Origin: Mnemiopsis leidyi
Taxonomy: Eukaryota
DNA: 64,000 nucleotides
Direction of reading: 5' to 3'
Assembly: GCA_048537945.1 (NCBI GenBank)
Contig: CM108484.1
Coordinates: 4,082,494-4,146,493 of the forward strand
Position 1 is the stretch's first letter. The number at the start of each line of letters is the position of its first letter. This document shows, one piece after another, positions 50,701-60,900 of this stretch. The translations under genes and the position numbers were made by a program. The notes under the pieces are model-generated. The model had not been told where the DNA came from. It worked only from the letters and a program-made list of their open reading frames with translations, and did not search any database.

Positions 50701-51230
50701 AAAAAATTCGACTGGTTAGCAAATAAAAAGTCCATTTATCTAAAGCACAAGTAAGTTTTGAATTAGACCTTAAATTTTATCGACAATTAATTCTGGGGGT
50801 GGGATGTACTATGGGATGTACGAACTATTGGCGGTAAAGTAGTATTTGTGTTTGTATTTGTACACCTGTACCCCTGCTTTTACAGTTACGGTGAAGGGCC
50901 CCTGGAAAATTCTAGATCTTTTAAGGGAGACCCTCCTCATTTAACCCTCTATCACGGTTTCCCGGTCATTCGGCTTAGTCGACTGAAAAAGATTGCATAG
51001 GCACGTGCCCTTAACGCACTCCTCTAGGATGGGCGAATCTGGGAATCGAACCTCCGATCTTCTGCATAGAAAGTCAGGGTAGATACAACTGTAGCAACAA
51101 CTGAACATTGTGCAACAAAGACAGAAATGCTCCAGATTGTTCTGATTTAGAGAACATTATTTTAGTTTTAAAACCTCAACTTAATGACAGCTATTACACT
51201 GCTAGGATGCATGTTCATTACATAAATTAC
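47745..51230 (-). repeat. Segmental duplicate unit 2
   Basis: Collinear with unit 1 at about 95% identity. Holds an exon 2 remnant at 47770-47850 and an intact SAP exon copy at 50582-50695 (MELSEIKEMKVVELKKELESRGLPKSGTKAVLVERLFQ, donor GTATTG). Confidence 0.75.
49050..49364 (-). pseudogene. ORF fragment with possible NYN/PIN-like nuclease fold (..KGSFLVIDSGNLIHLVFYAWKKG...TIVFDGHMSSTAKDHAHQAR..), duplicated at 44235-44462
   Basis: LVIDSGN resembles the VVIDGSNV catalytic motif of NYN domains. This is a weak motif-level call only. It lies within the duplicated TE-rich unit. Confidence 0.2.
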
Positions 51231-51992
51231 TTTCAAAAGTTTCAATAGGCCATTCTGTACTTTTACGTCTTTTATGAACCTAAAGGAGTAACGACAACCA
51301 TTAGTTTTTAATAATATATTAGTTATTAATAATATAAAAAAATATATTCAAAAACTAAGAACTGGATCATCTGTCTCTCCAGAATCTTCTCCAATTCTTC
51401 TAGCTCATCTTCGCCGGTGGCTACTTCTTAGCTTGTCTTGTTTTCTACGGCCTTTCCTTGTATAGCCTGAAAGCAGGTACTGTAAAATTTGTATTTGTAT
51501 TTTTTTGGATTCGTTACACCTGTACCCAGGATTTTACAGTGATACTGAAGGGGCTCCTGGAAAATTATAGATCTTTTAACGGAGACCCTCCTTATTTAAC
51601 CCTCAATCACGGTTTCCCGATCATTCGGCTGAGTCGACCGAAGAAGATTGCATAGGCAAGTGCCCTTAGCGCACTCCTCTAGGATTGGAGGATCTGGAAA
51701 TAGAACAAAGTAGCGGCGCATATGATCTCGAACACTCTACCTTGAAAGTTACGTACGTACGTTTTGGTACGTTTCGGAGAGTTTAGCAGGGCAGGCTAGT
51801 ACAACAGCATCGAGAGTGTCCTCCTTTGGTTCCAGCTCAGCAGTGAGTCATTGTTAACCCCAACGTATCCGGTATCAAGTGTTGTGTCCTGGTAGTGCTC
51901 TAGGAATCTGCCAGGCCCACACTTAAAAGCATCATGAGTGCGGGCACTTCTAGGATCAGCAGGAAGCAAATTGAAGAGCTGGGCCGTACGTA

Positions 51993-52721
51993 CAGTGGTT
52001 GTTCAAAAATATGCGTAATTTGCGCGTTTTGACAATAGGAATGATAGTAAATTCATAAATTTTGAATCAACCATAACTTTTGGCCTTTTTAATCGATTTT
52101 AGCGATTTAAAAAGCCTTGTATGGAGAATTTTTCAAATCGGCATTTTCGGAAGCATGTTGCATGGTTTGGAATCATCGACAAGCTGATTTTGGCTGAAAT
52201 TCAAAAAAATTTCAAATCTGGCCTTTTGTTAGGATTTTGTTAATTGTGAGAGCCTGTGTCATTTCTGTATGCTATGGGCATGCAAATGAAGGTATATGTT
52301 GGTTTTTGGCTGACTGTTCCTTATTTAAAAAAATTCTGAGCCTTGGAAATTTTGCTTAATTTACGATGAATGAAAATTTCGAATCTATCCGGATAAAAAA
52401 GGCCTAACACCCACTAAAATTATGTAAATTAAACTGTTTAAAGAATTACACTTAAATTGACATAACGTAAAATCCATGAAGTGTGTTTCTGACCGAATAA
52501 ATTCAAAGATCTGCTAGCTCTAAGAAATTTGATCATTTTTTACGAAATTTCGACTTCAATCTCCAACAAATTTTCCATAAAAACGTAGAGAACATAATAT
52601 CTACTAAAAATTAAGCTAGGAAACATATTCTATATCGGATACGAATTTTATGAAACAGCCGTTTTTAAATAAGTCGCCAAAACCGAAAAAAGGTAATCAC
52701 GCAAATTTTTGAACAAGACTG
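51993..52721. mobile_element. Tc1/mariner-like MITE (729 bp) with TA target-site duplication
   Basis: The left TIR CAGTGGTTGTTCAAAAATATGCGTAATT matches the reverse complement of the right end, CAGTCTTGTTCAAAAATTTGCGTGATTACC. It is flanked by TA on both sides. The insertion is absent from the paralogous units at 43575 and 48385 (ccgcacgtacacgaaagg), and it has no ORF. Confidence 0.75.
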
Positions 52722-53124
52722 TACACGAAAGGATCCGTCGTAGTACAGACACCTGTACCTTCCTTTTAATTCTTTGGTGGTCGGCAAACTGAATCTCAAT
52801 TTCGTTTGGCGCCGGTTCTTGATTTTACAGACATGGATCATGCAATGGCGTAAAGTTCCTTGCAGCCGGAGATCTTCTTCGTGAAGGATCGCTGGACATC
52901 TCCCAGCTTCCGGATATCACCTAGGTTTGAGGGGTTCCACACTGGGCAGCAGCACTCGAGAATTGCCCTGATTAGACTCTTGTACAGGGTTAGCACAAGA
53001 GCCTAATCAGGTCAAAGCTCGAGTACTGCTGCCCAGTGTGGAATGTAAGTGTAAAAAAGACATAAAATAAGATCTCAGCCGGAAACTTTGCTATGATTGG
53101 TAGGGAAATATCAATACTATACCT

Positions 53125-53476
53125 GATTGTTCAAAATTTCTTGTTTTCTCTGAGTAGACTCGGACAAGGAACACAAGTTGTTAATTGGTAATCACGTTCC
53201 GATGTTCAACATCATAATCATACTGAAATACTAGAAAATTAGAAATATACTGAAGAGACTATAAGATAAGATAAAACTATAAAATTTTCGACGAAATTTG
53301 TACAGAACCGGTAAAAAAAACTAAAACCTTTAACTGAACAACTGGAGCAAATATTTGAAAAAGAATTATAGTATAACTTAAAATACTGAGACCAGTATGT
53401 TGAACATCGGAACGTGATTACCAATTAACAACTTGTGTTCCTTGTCCGAGTCTACTCAGAGAAAACAAGAAATTTT
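53125..53476. mobile_element. Related MITE with roughly 90-bp perfect TIRs (TGATTGTTCAAAATTTCTTG...)
   Basis: 53125-53215 is reverse-complementary to 53397-53476. It shares the TTGTTCAAAAWT terminal motif with the Tc1-like MITE and is absent from the paralogous positions in units 1 and 2. Confidence 0.65.
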
Positions 53477-54040
53477 GAACAATCAGATTCTTCTATGAGA
53501 CTCAATAACACTTCACGACTACACCAGAATACTATACCTGGAAAAGTCGGTCGACCAATACGGCTTTCGTCCCAGGTTTAGGGAGACCTCTACTCTCGAG
53601 CTCCTTCTTCAGCTCTACCACCTTCATTGCCTTAATCTCGGACAGTTCCATATCCTAAACAATTTGACTGGTTAGCAAATAAAAAGTCCATTTTTCTAAA
53701 GCACAAGTCATTTCTGAATTAGGCCTTAAATTTTATCAACAATAAATTCGGGGGCACGACTATACTGACCATAGGATGTACGAATAACCGGCCTCAAATT
53801 AGTAACAACTGACCATTGTACAACAAAGATAGAAATGCTCTACATTGCTCTGAGTTGGAGTACATTATTTTAGTATGAAAACCTCAACTTAAATGACAGC
53901 TATTTCACTGCTAGGATGCCCGTGCGTTACATAAATTATTAAAGTGGTTTCAATAGGTCATGCTGTACTTCTACGTCGTTGACGAACCTAAAGGAGTAAC
54001 GACAACCATTAGTTTTCAATAAATAAAAACATTAGAAAAC

Positions 54041-54361
54041 TTAGAACTGGATCATCTGTCCCTTCTTTCTCTTCTGACCACCAAGCTCGAAGTGCTTGCA
54101 CCGTTTCAGCGACAGTTGGGTCTTTTTATGGCACGACTGGCATTCCAACCTCAGCACCTGCTTCTTAGTTGTTTTGGCGTTCTTTCTGAAGACAGGTTTG
54201 GGCTGACCGCCATAACCTCGGAGTTTCATATGGTACCTCCTTTCTCCCAGAGCTTTAGGGTTACGCTTGCCAGCTTTGTACTGGGTCACCTTGTGTTGGG
54301 TGTGTCGTTTGCATGTAGCGTACTTGCAGAATGTTCTTCGCACTTTGGGAATGTTGACCAT
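54041..54361 (-). CDS. RPL36A: 60S ribosomal protein L36a / L44e, complete 106-aa single-exon ORF
   Basis: [32 protein letters not shown]...[21 protein letters not shown] closely matches eukaryotic RPL36A/RPL44. There is an in-frame TAA 8 codons upstream of the ATG. No intron is present. Confidence 0.85.
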   Translation of the reverse strand: MVNIPKVRRTFCKYATCKRHTQHKVTQYKAGKRNPKALGERRYHMKLRGYGGQPKPVFRKNAKTTKKQVLRLECQSCHKKTQLSLKRCKHFELGGQKRKKGQMIQF

Positions 54362-54831
54362 CTTGACTACTGTTAGATATCCTGGTTAGGCTTCATTCAT
54401 CTTTTTTAAATGTGTAACTAAGATAGTTACAAATATACAGCGAAATCATTAGGATCTCATTCATTTAAAAGGTAAATATTGAATCGAAAACTAACTCTAA
54501 AATTATTACAATCGTTTTCGTGCGTTTAAGACGAGCCTAAATTCATAGACATGTTCGCATATTTTTCAAAATTGAACAAATTTCATATCCAAAACAATCG
54601 ATATAGTAATTACAAAATTCAAATTCATACTATAGTAAATACTCTCCAAAAACAGTATACAATTACACAAACAAATCAATTTCTATGTACAAAATCTACG
54701 CCGTAGAAAAACGGCCAGGTCAAAGTGATAGTAAATGAAACAAGGGCCGTATTTAAGTTACAATATGGTGTTTCCCAACCAAAGAGCCGATCTGAAATAA
54801 CATAATCTACAATTAAATTTTACAAAATTAA

Positions 54832-57756
54832 CTAACTAAGCTCAAACCCTGCTCCTGCCTCGATAACATACTTTAATCTCTTTTCCAAAGTCTCCTTATC
54901 ACTGAACTCCGGTAATTTCAATAAGTTCATACATGTACTGGCAGTTGGGAGGCGGTCCTCGGCCCCTGCACTGTGAATAGCAAAGAGAGGGAGCAAAGAC
55001 TTGAACCCCAACAGCGGTGTTCTATCCGTGCTGGTTACGAACGCTAACAGTTTACGGTGTTCCTCAGGGTTCATGTTTTCTACTATCTCCCAAAACATGA
55101 GAATTGTAGGATGCTGTTCATTGTAGTTACCTTGGTAAACTGTGTTTTCCTTTAAGTCCGCTATGTCTATGTCAGTCTCACTTCCCGAGATCAGGTTCTG
55201 GAATTCTGAATAACTGAACATCTTCAGCCACTCAGGAGGGACGACGCTGTAGAAACCCTCCGCAAAGTTTCTGAAAGGTACTCTTATCTGCCTGTTAAGC
55301 CTGTAGTCTGCCATCAAGTGTATGTATTCTATCAGGTTACTTTTTGTAACTTGAATTGTAGATCCATTAGGTTTTAACTCAATGGTTCTAGTCTCACCTA
55401 ACACACTGTCCGATACATTAAAGTACAGACACAGGTCAGCTATAGTATCTTCAGTGTAGTTTCTTAGAGACAAGATATTCCGGTACATGTTAAGATCTAG
55501 AGATCGGAGATGGTTGATATCCGCGTCTCCTCCAAGGAGTTTCTCTAGAAAATAGGAAGCTAGAGGAATATCTACCAATAACTTCTCATACACTGCTTTA
55601 CCTAACAATCTACCTATGAAGAAGTAATGTTTCTGGTAATCTGGATACAGATGTTGTGCGGTAGGGTTAGGATGTAGTCGTCCATCTGTCTCTATAAAGA
55701 AGCCTCTGTTGGGATTGAACGCTTCTTTCAGGAATGAAGTGAGAAACTCTCTGAACAACCCACCGCCATCCACACCAGCCTCATCTAGCCCAGAGTAGTT
55801 GATCAGCTGTACCATTATTCTGTTCTTCATGTTTGGAGCAACCGACTCAGTAAGCTGCGCGTACGCGTCCTCGTATATGTACTCTCGTCTGATGGAAGCC
55901 TTGATGGTATTACTGCTGCCTGGCTGGCTCCACCCTGCATGACCGCCACGTGCCTGCTGTGCATCCTCTTCCAGGATATCGTGGAATATAGATACACGCT
56001 CGCTGAAGGGCACAACAAAGGGTACGGTGTGGAGAAGATAAAGCTCTTTTATAGTATTTAAACTGAGGTTTGGAACCGACAAAGGCTCTATAAAGACACC
56101 TACATTCTCTCTCTTTATATTATGTATCTTCCTGGTGGACAACCACTCCGAACCGCAATCCAGAAACTCCAGTCTAGAATCTCTCTGATATAGTTCTGAA
56201 GTAAGACGAGTGAGAGAAGTCCAACACATGACCCAATCCCTAGCTTGTAGCACAAGTTTACTGTCCAGCTCGGCTAAGTCCCCAGGTATCACTATATGCC
56301 TGGAGACGTAGACAGACCTGATGTTAAGCGACTTGTGTGGCTGCACTGCGATCAGATCAAAGTAGTTCAGGTTTACAGAAATATCTCTACAAATCTTGCA
56401 GAATCTCTTCAACTCTGAAACTGAGAAGAGCATGGCAGAACCCTCGAGAATATCTGCGTCGTGGGACGAACGAAGATATTCGTAAAACAGACAACAAAAC
56501 AGCGTAAGAGGAGGGATAAACTTCTGGTACTCTGAGTTGGACAAGGTTTTGTTCTCCGCCATTAAATTGAGACAGAAGGAACTAGACGATTTGGCTTTGT
56601 GGGAGGACAAGTTTGTCCACAACCACTTCATGAAGCCGGAGTTGAAACATAACCACCGTATTGGAGGTGTTTGTATAACAGACATGTTGAACTTCACTAT
56701 AAGGAGGTATGCAATCGAGCTAATGTTTAGATTTGAAGAAGAGTTTGAGCAATTCTGAAACAGCTGGTCAAGACAGTCGAAATTAAACACTACTTTATCT
56801 ATCATCATCTCGTCGTCGGAAGAATCTGAGGAGTCGTCTCTAGATGTTTCCATTATGTCAGGAATCCGATATCTGTTGAGGATTTTAAACAAAACTTCCA
56901 GCATTTGATTGCTTGATTGAGAATCAGAAGAAAATCTCCCGAAAAAGTGCACTACAATGTCCAGATAATGATTAAAGTTTACATCCAACTTTTGACAGAC
57001 AAACCCAACATTGATCGAGTCAAGAATAGAATAACTTAGACGAGGAGTTATCGATGAAAAAATAGCGTCGACCAACAGTTTAGTGTGCACCAACTTGTCA
57101 TTCAGTACGATGTGTGTTAATACAAACTCGTAGTATTTTAAGTTTAGATTCTGAACAAGTTTAACTAAATAACCAGACCTCACCTTCGTTTTATCTATTA
57201 GCTGAATCAGCTTCAAGTAAGTTCTCGCTATACTTCGTGATGTTGTCTGTTCAAGTAGATTATCGGCTGAATATGATTTGTCCTGAACAATCTTCTCTAA
57301 GAACTGAAGAGAGATAAAGTTTTGAGAGTTCAAGACAATAATTTGATGATGTCCATCGTCGATGCATTTTATCAGTACCCGTATTCGGCAATAAGTGTTA
57401 GAAGGAGATGCGAACTCAGACCACTGTTTCTCCAAAACAGGAAACAGAGCTATTAGCCGGTCATGATCTAGTCTTGGGTCGTAGAAGTGGCTAAGAAGAC
57501 GAGAACACTGAACACGATTCTGCTGAGAGATGATAGTGTCAAACTTTGCTCTGCACGACTGTTTTACTTGAGATCGACAGAGGGAGCCTCGTGTTATGCG
57601 TTGGATAGTGAGAACAGCATCTTCTTTTTTACGCTGCACACGGCGCATCTCACGTCTTTTCCGGTTCTCTGATATGACATCTTCAGCTGCAGTTCCTGCG
57701 TGACTAGATCCTCTTAGTGTGACTGTTGGCTTTGTTCTGAATTGTCCGTCAAACAT
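54832..57756 (-). CDS. UBE3B: HECT-domain E3 ubiquitin ligase of the UBE3B/UBE3C family, 974 aa, single uninterrupted ORF
   Basis: N-terminal IQ motif (AVLTIQRITRGSLCRSQ). C-terminal HECT domain (..GLDEAGVDGGGLFREFL.. through ..LPTASTCMNLLKLPEFSDKETLEKRLKYVIEAGAGFELS*). Begins MF... like UBE3B. An in-frame TAA lies 8 codons upstream of the ATG. Confidence 0.85.
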   Translation of the reverse strand: MFDGQFRTKPTVTLRGSSHAGTAAEDVISENRKRREMRRVQRKKEDAVLTIQRITRGSLCRSQVKQSCRAKFDTIISQQNRVQCSRLLSHFYDPRLDHDRLIALFPVLEKQWSEFASPSNTYCRIRVLIKCIDDGHHQIIVLNSQNFISLQFLEKIVQDKSYSADNLLEQTTSRSIARTYLKLIQLIDKTKVRSGYLVKLVQNLNLKYYEFVLTHIVLNDKLVHTKLLVDAIFSSITPRLSYSILDSINVGFVCQKLDVNFNHYLDIVVHFFGRFSSDSQSSNQMLEVLFKILNRYRIPDIMETSRDDSSDSSDDEMMIDKVVFNFDCLDQLFQNCSNSSSNLNISSIAYLLIVKFNMSVIQTPPIRWLCFNSGFMKWLWTNLSSHKAKSSSSFCLNLMAENKTLSNSEYQKFIPPLTLFCCLFYEYLRSSHDADILEGSAMLFSVSELKRFCKICRDISVNLNYFDLIAVQPHKSLNIRSVYVSRHIVIPGDLAELDSKLVLQARDWVMCWTSLTRLTSELYQRDSRLEFLDCGSEWLSTRKIHNIKRENVGVFIEPLSVPNLSLNTIKELYLLHTVPFVVPFSERVSIFHDILEEDAQQARGGHAGWSQPGSSNTIKASIRREYIYEDAYAQLTESVAPNMKNRIMVQLINYSGLDEAGVDGGGLFREFLTSFLKEAFNPNRGFFIETDGRLHPNPTAQHLYPDYQKHYFFIGRLLGKAVYEKLLVDIPLASYFLEKLLGGDADINHLRSLDLNMYRNILSLRNYTEDTIADLCLYFNVSDSVLGETRTIELKPNGSTIQVTKSNLIEYIHLMADYRLNRQIRVPFRNFAEGFYSVVPPEWLKMFSYSEFQNLISGSETDIDIADLKENTVYQGNYNEQHPTILMFWEIVENMNPEEHRKLLAFVTSTDRTPLLGFKSLLPLFAIHSAGAEDRLPTASTCMNLLKLPEFSDKETLEKRLKYVIEAGAGFELS

Positions 57757-58001
57757 TCCTAGCGATAATGATAGAAGTTAAATTTGTGGTTCAGACAAAA
57801 TATAGAGAAGTTTAAGTGCTACAAGAAAACAAGCAATAAATTAGGTCAACAAGCACATTAAATATAGAGCATAGGGTTAAGAATCAACGAAATTCGATGG
57901 AAGTGGAGATGCACATTTCAGTAGTCAATAATCAATGGAAGGCCGAAGCATATTAAACACTGAAGCTGGAATAAGATAAAAATCAAATTCAAAACACAAC
58001 T

Positions 58002-58133
58002 CTATTCAGAAGGCATAGATCGGATGATGTCTGAGTCGCCAGGATCTGTGATACAGAGACAGCCTACTCTGAAGTATTTACCACAAGCCGTTCCCAAATC
58101 TATGTTACTGCCGCTGTAATGATGTACTCCGAC
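58002..58133 (-). CDS. RPL30: RPL30 copy 1, exon B ([43 protein letters not shown])
   Basis: Acceptor tttcag. Joins as AK|VGVHHYSG, compared with human AKTGVHHYSG. Stop TAG at 58002-58004. Confidence 0.85.
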   Translation of the reverse strand, partial: VGVHHYSGSNIDLGTACGKYFRVGCLCITDPGDSDIIRSMPSE

Positions 58134-58288
58134 CTGAAATAACAAATTTTACCAGGATTTCTCAGCTTCTTAGCTCCACCCTGGGCTAACACATGAATCA
58201 TGCAGAATGCCTTTTTATTGCAAAAATATCAGCTAATTCAAACAAAATATATTAACTGGTCAGCACTCTGATCTCATACAAGTCTCAC

Positions 58289-58492
58289 CTTAGCCAACAT
58301 GCAGTAGTATTCAATCTCACTCTTCCTCAAAGCAGGAGTGTTATTAGCGATAATGATAAGTTTAGATTTGCCCTGTCTGATTGACTTCAATGTACTTCTG
58401 TATCCAATGGTAAACTTTCCACTTTTCATGACTAGAGCTAATCTGGAGTTGATTGACTCCATAGCCTTCTTTGTCTTTTTGCTGGCGACCAT
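58289..58492 (-). CDS. RPL30: RPL30 copy 1, exon A ([68 protein letters not shown])
   Basis: Strong match to eukaryotic RPL30. GTGAGA donor at 58288-58287. Confidence 0.85.
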
Positions 58493-58710
58493 TTTGGAGT
58501 TTTTGGGAACTGCCTTGAGCTAAAAGAGAGGTTTGGTAAAGTTTTGAAAATTTTTTGGAAACTTAGGACACTAAACATAATAAAATTTTAAGTTAAGACA
58601 GAATTTAAAACCGATAATGTCAAATCAATGTCAAACGGAACTTGACAAATGTATGAATCGAGCAAATGGACACAGATATTTCCAATAAATAAAAACATAA
58701 AAAATTTCAT

Positions 58711-58842
58711 TTATTCCGAAGGCATAGATCGGATGATGTCTGAGTCGCCAGGATCTGTGATACAGAGACAGCCTACTCTGAAGTATTTACCACAAGCCGT
58801 TCCCAAATCTATATTACTGCCGCTGTAATGATGTACTCCGAC
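58711..58842 (-). CDS. RPL30: RPL30 copy 2, exon B (stop TAA)
   Basis: Same exon as 58002-58133. The stop codon is changed from TAG to TAA but the coding sequence is intact. Confidence 0.8.
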   Translation of the reverse strand, partial: VGVHHYSGSNIDLGTACGKYFRVGCLCITDPGDSDIIRSMPSE

Positions 58843-58997
58843 CTGAAATAACAAGTTTTACCAGGATTTCTCAGCTTCTTAGCTCCACCCTGGGCTAACA
58901 CATGTATCATGTAGAATGCCTTTTTATTGCAAAAATATCAGTTAATTCAAACGAAAAATATTAACTAGTCAGCACTCTGAACTCATCCAAGTCTCAC

Positions 58998-59201
58998 CTT
59001 AGCCAACATGCAGTAGTATTCAATCTCACTCTTCCTCAAAGCAGGAGTGTTATTAGCGATAATGATAAGTTTAGATTTGCCTTGTCTGATTGATTTCAAT
59101 GTACTTCTGTATCCTATGGTGAACTTTCCACTCTTCATAACTAAAGCTAATCTGGAGTTGATGGACTCCATAGCCTTCTTTGTCTTCTTACTGGCGACCA
59201 T
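58998..59201 (-). CDS. RPL30: RPL30 copy 2, exon A (tandem duplicate, protein-identical)
   Basis: The roughly 708-bp tandem unit 58710-59215 duplicates 58000-58505 at about 95% identity. The donor is intact. Confidence 0.8.
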
Positions 59202-59629
59202 TTTGGAGAGCTAAACTTTGCTAAAATTAAAAATGTGTTAATGACTCATGGTTAAGGCAAACAAAATAATATTTTTGAACAACAAAGATCAATTGTTACA
59301 TTATTTGTAGGATAGGGGCGATAAAGGAGAATAGTTATATCTTTTAATCACCAAAACCTTGATATGATTTTCTATTATTTTATTCACGAATTTATTTACA
59401 ATCAACAAAAGAGTATCCAAAAATTTACAAATCAAATGGCACCTAAGATAGGGAAATAAACTAATATTTGATCTCCACAAACCTAAGGGCAAGGACCACA
59501 ATTAACATGACAACTATAATACTGGAGCAAAGGGGGAGTGCACTAAATATTGTACAACAAACTCAAGTCTGTGTCTTTGAATAATTTACAATGTCCGTGG
59601 GATAGAGTCTTACAAGCCACAAGGCATCT

Positions 59630-59764
59630 TTACCAGCCAATATCGTTCCTTTGTTTCCATTGGTAGAAGAAGTAAATACTCCAGGGAATGGAGGCTCCCA
59701 TTCCAGCTAGAGTGAGGAAGTAGGGGCCAGGGGATTTGAAGCTCTTAGGAAAGAAAGGTATGTT
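59630..59764 (-). CDS. Same gene, exon 2 (NIPFFPKSFKSPGPYFLTLAGMGASIPWSIYFFYQWKQRNDIGW*) with a single transmembrane helix
   Basis: Acceptor tttcag in phase 0. Resembles COX7C (..[41 protein letters not shown]). Family assignment is tentative. Confidence 0.45.
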   Translation of the reverse strand, partial: NIPFFPKSFKSPGPYFLTLAGMGASIPWSIYFFYQWKQRNDIGW

Positions 59765-59947
59765 CTGAAATGAAGATGCTGTCAGAGCATTTTGAGCATA
59801 ATATATAATTTGCTAATTATATATTTGAATCGAATTAAATAGGCTTGAGCCAGTTACATTTAAAAAGTGTTAAGTGAAAAACTAATAAGGTAGCTCATAA
59901 AGCTAATGTTACAGCAACTAGACCCAAAATGAATGAATTGAACTCAC

Positions 59948-60049
59948 TGATCCAGGATACACTTCATATCCACCACCCATGTTACGTCGAAGAACATTAG
60001 TTCTGAGCTGCTGAACAGCTCTAGTGATGATCATCCTGGGAATTAACAT
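59948..60049 (-). CDS. Small mitochondrial-type protein, exon 1 (MLIPRMIITRAVQQLRTNVLRRNMGGGYEVYPGS): presequence-like, possibly COX7C-like
   Basis: ATG at 60049 (alternative start at 60034). TAA 3 codons upstream. GTGAGT donor at 59947. Confidence 0.45.
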
Positions 60050-60479
60050 ATTAATTTATGAAAAGAAAATAAATTTTCAACCAACTAATTAATTACTTCT
60101 AAATCGGCCAATCTGCATTTATTAATAATTGCAAAATACTTGTTTTTTCTGAAATTACTTGTTAACCTCAAACCTAGAGGGCATTTGTATGTGCAACCTT
60201 ATTCAGTCCAATGATTGAAGAATGGTGATTGAGTGTTGAACTAAGACGGTCTCATATTTGAGACCTAAAATTTACGAGGTTGCCCAAACAGTACTACTGT
60301 ATTCGATTATAGAAACCTTTCAAAAAAGCAGTAGCAAACAATCAATCGGTAAAATGGTAACACACCAAGGCTTTTAAAGGGCCAAACTTTAACTTATATT
60401 AGGATAATTTTACAATTCCTAATAAGGTCAAATCAAATAATAATTAGATACTGTAATACCACAATTGGTAATGCAATTA

Positions 60480-60900
60480 CCATAATAATACCACGATCTT
60501 GCGAGTGGTATTCATGCAATAAATTCACAAGCTTGTGAGTGAATTTATTGACCTTATTTGTAGTAGCAGCGGATAGTTATTTAGTCTCATAGCAGTTCTG
60601 ATTTGATTGTTACTTTTCTCTGTATGACTAAGAAATGCGATCTTTTAGGAAACTTTTTTACTCGAAATAATTTGTATAATAGTAGTGTTGAAAGTATTAA
60701 ATACTTTCAACACTACTATTATACAAATAACTTGAGAATGATTATGAACGTGTCTGTTCGAAATTATTTCGAGTAAAAAAGTTTCCTAAAAGATCGCATT
60801 TCTTAGTCATACAGAGAAAAGTAACAATCAAATCAGAACTGAATTTATTGAAGTAATTACACGAGCTTGCAAGTGAAATTAGGTATGCTAATTGCAATAC
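60480..60900. mobile_element. Foldback/hairpin MITE-like element (arms about 130-200 bp)
   Basis: 60483-60700 is largely reverse-complementary to 60700-60905, centred on tgaaagtattaaatactttca. Confidence 0.7.

Larger units (their letters stand above)
51355..53940 (-). repeat. Segmental duplicate unit 3, with an internal deletion and two MITE insertions
   Basis: Holds an exon 2 remnant at 51375-51470 and an intact SAP exon copy at 53538-53651 (MELSEIKAMKVVELKKELESRGLPKPGTKAVLVDRLFQ, donor GTATAG). Its distal end abuts the RPL36A 3' end. Confidence 0.7.

Noticed and set aside
54041-54361. RPL36A as a recent processed pseudogene
   Set aside because: The ORF is intact with correct length and conserved residues. 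I found no poly-A tract or target-site duplication, so it looks like a functional intronless gene rather than a dead retrocopy.
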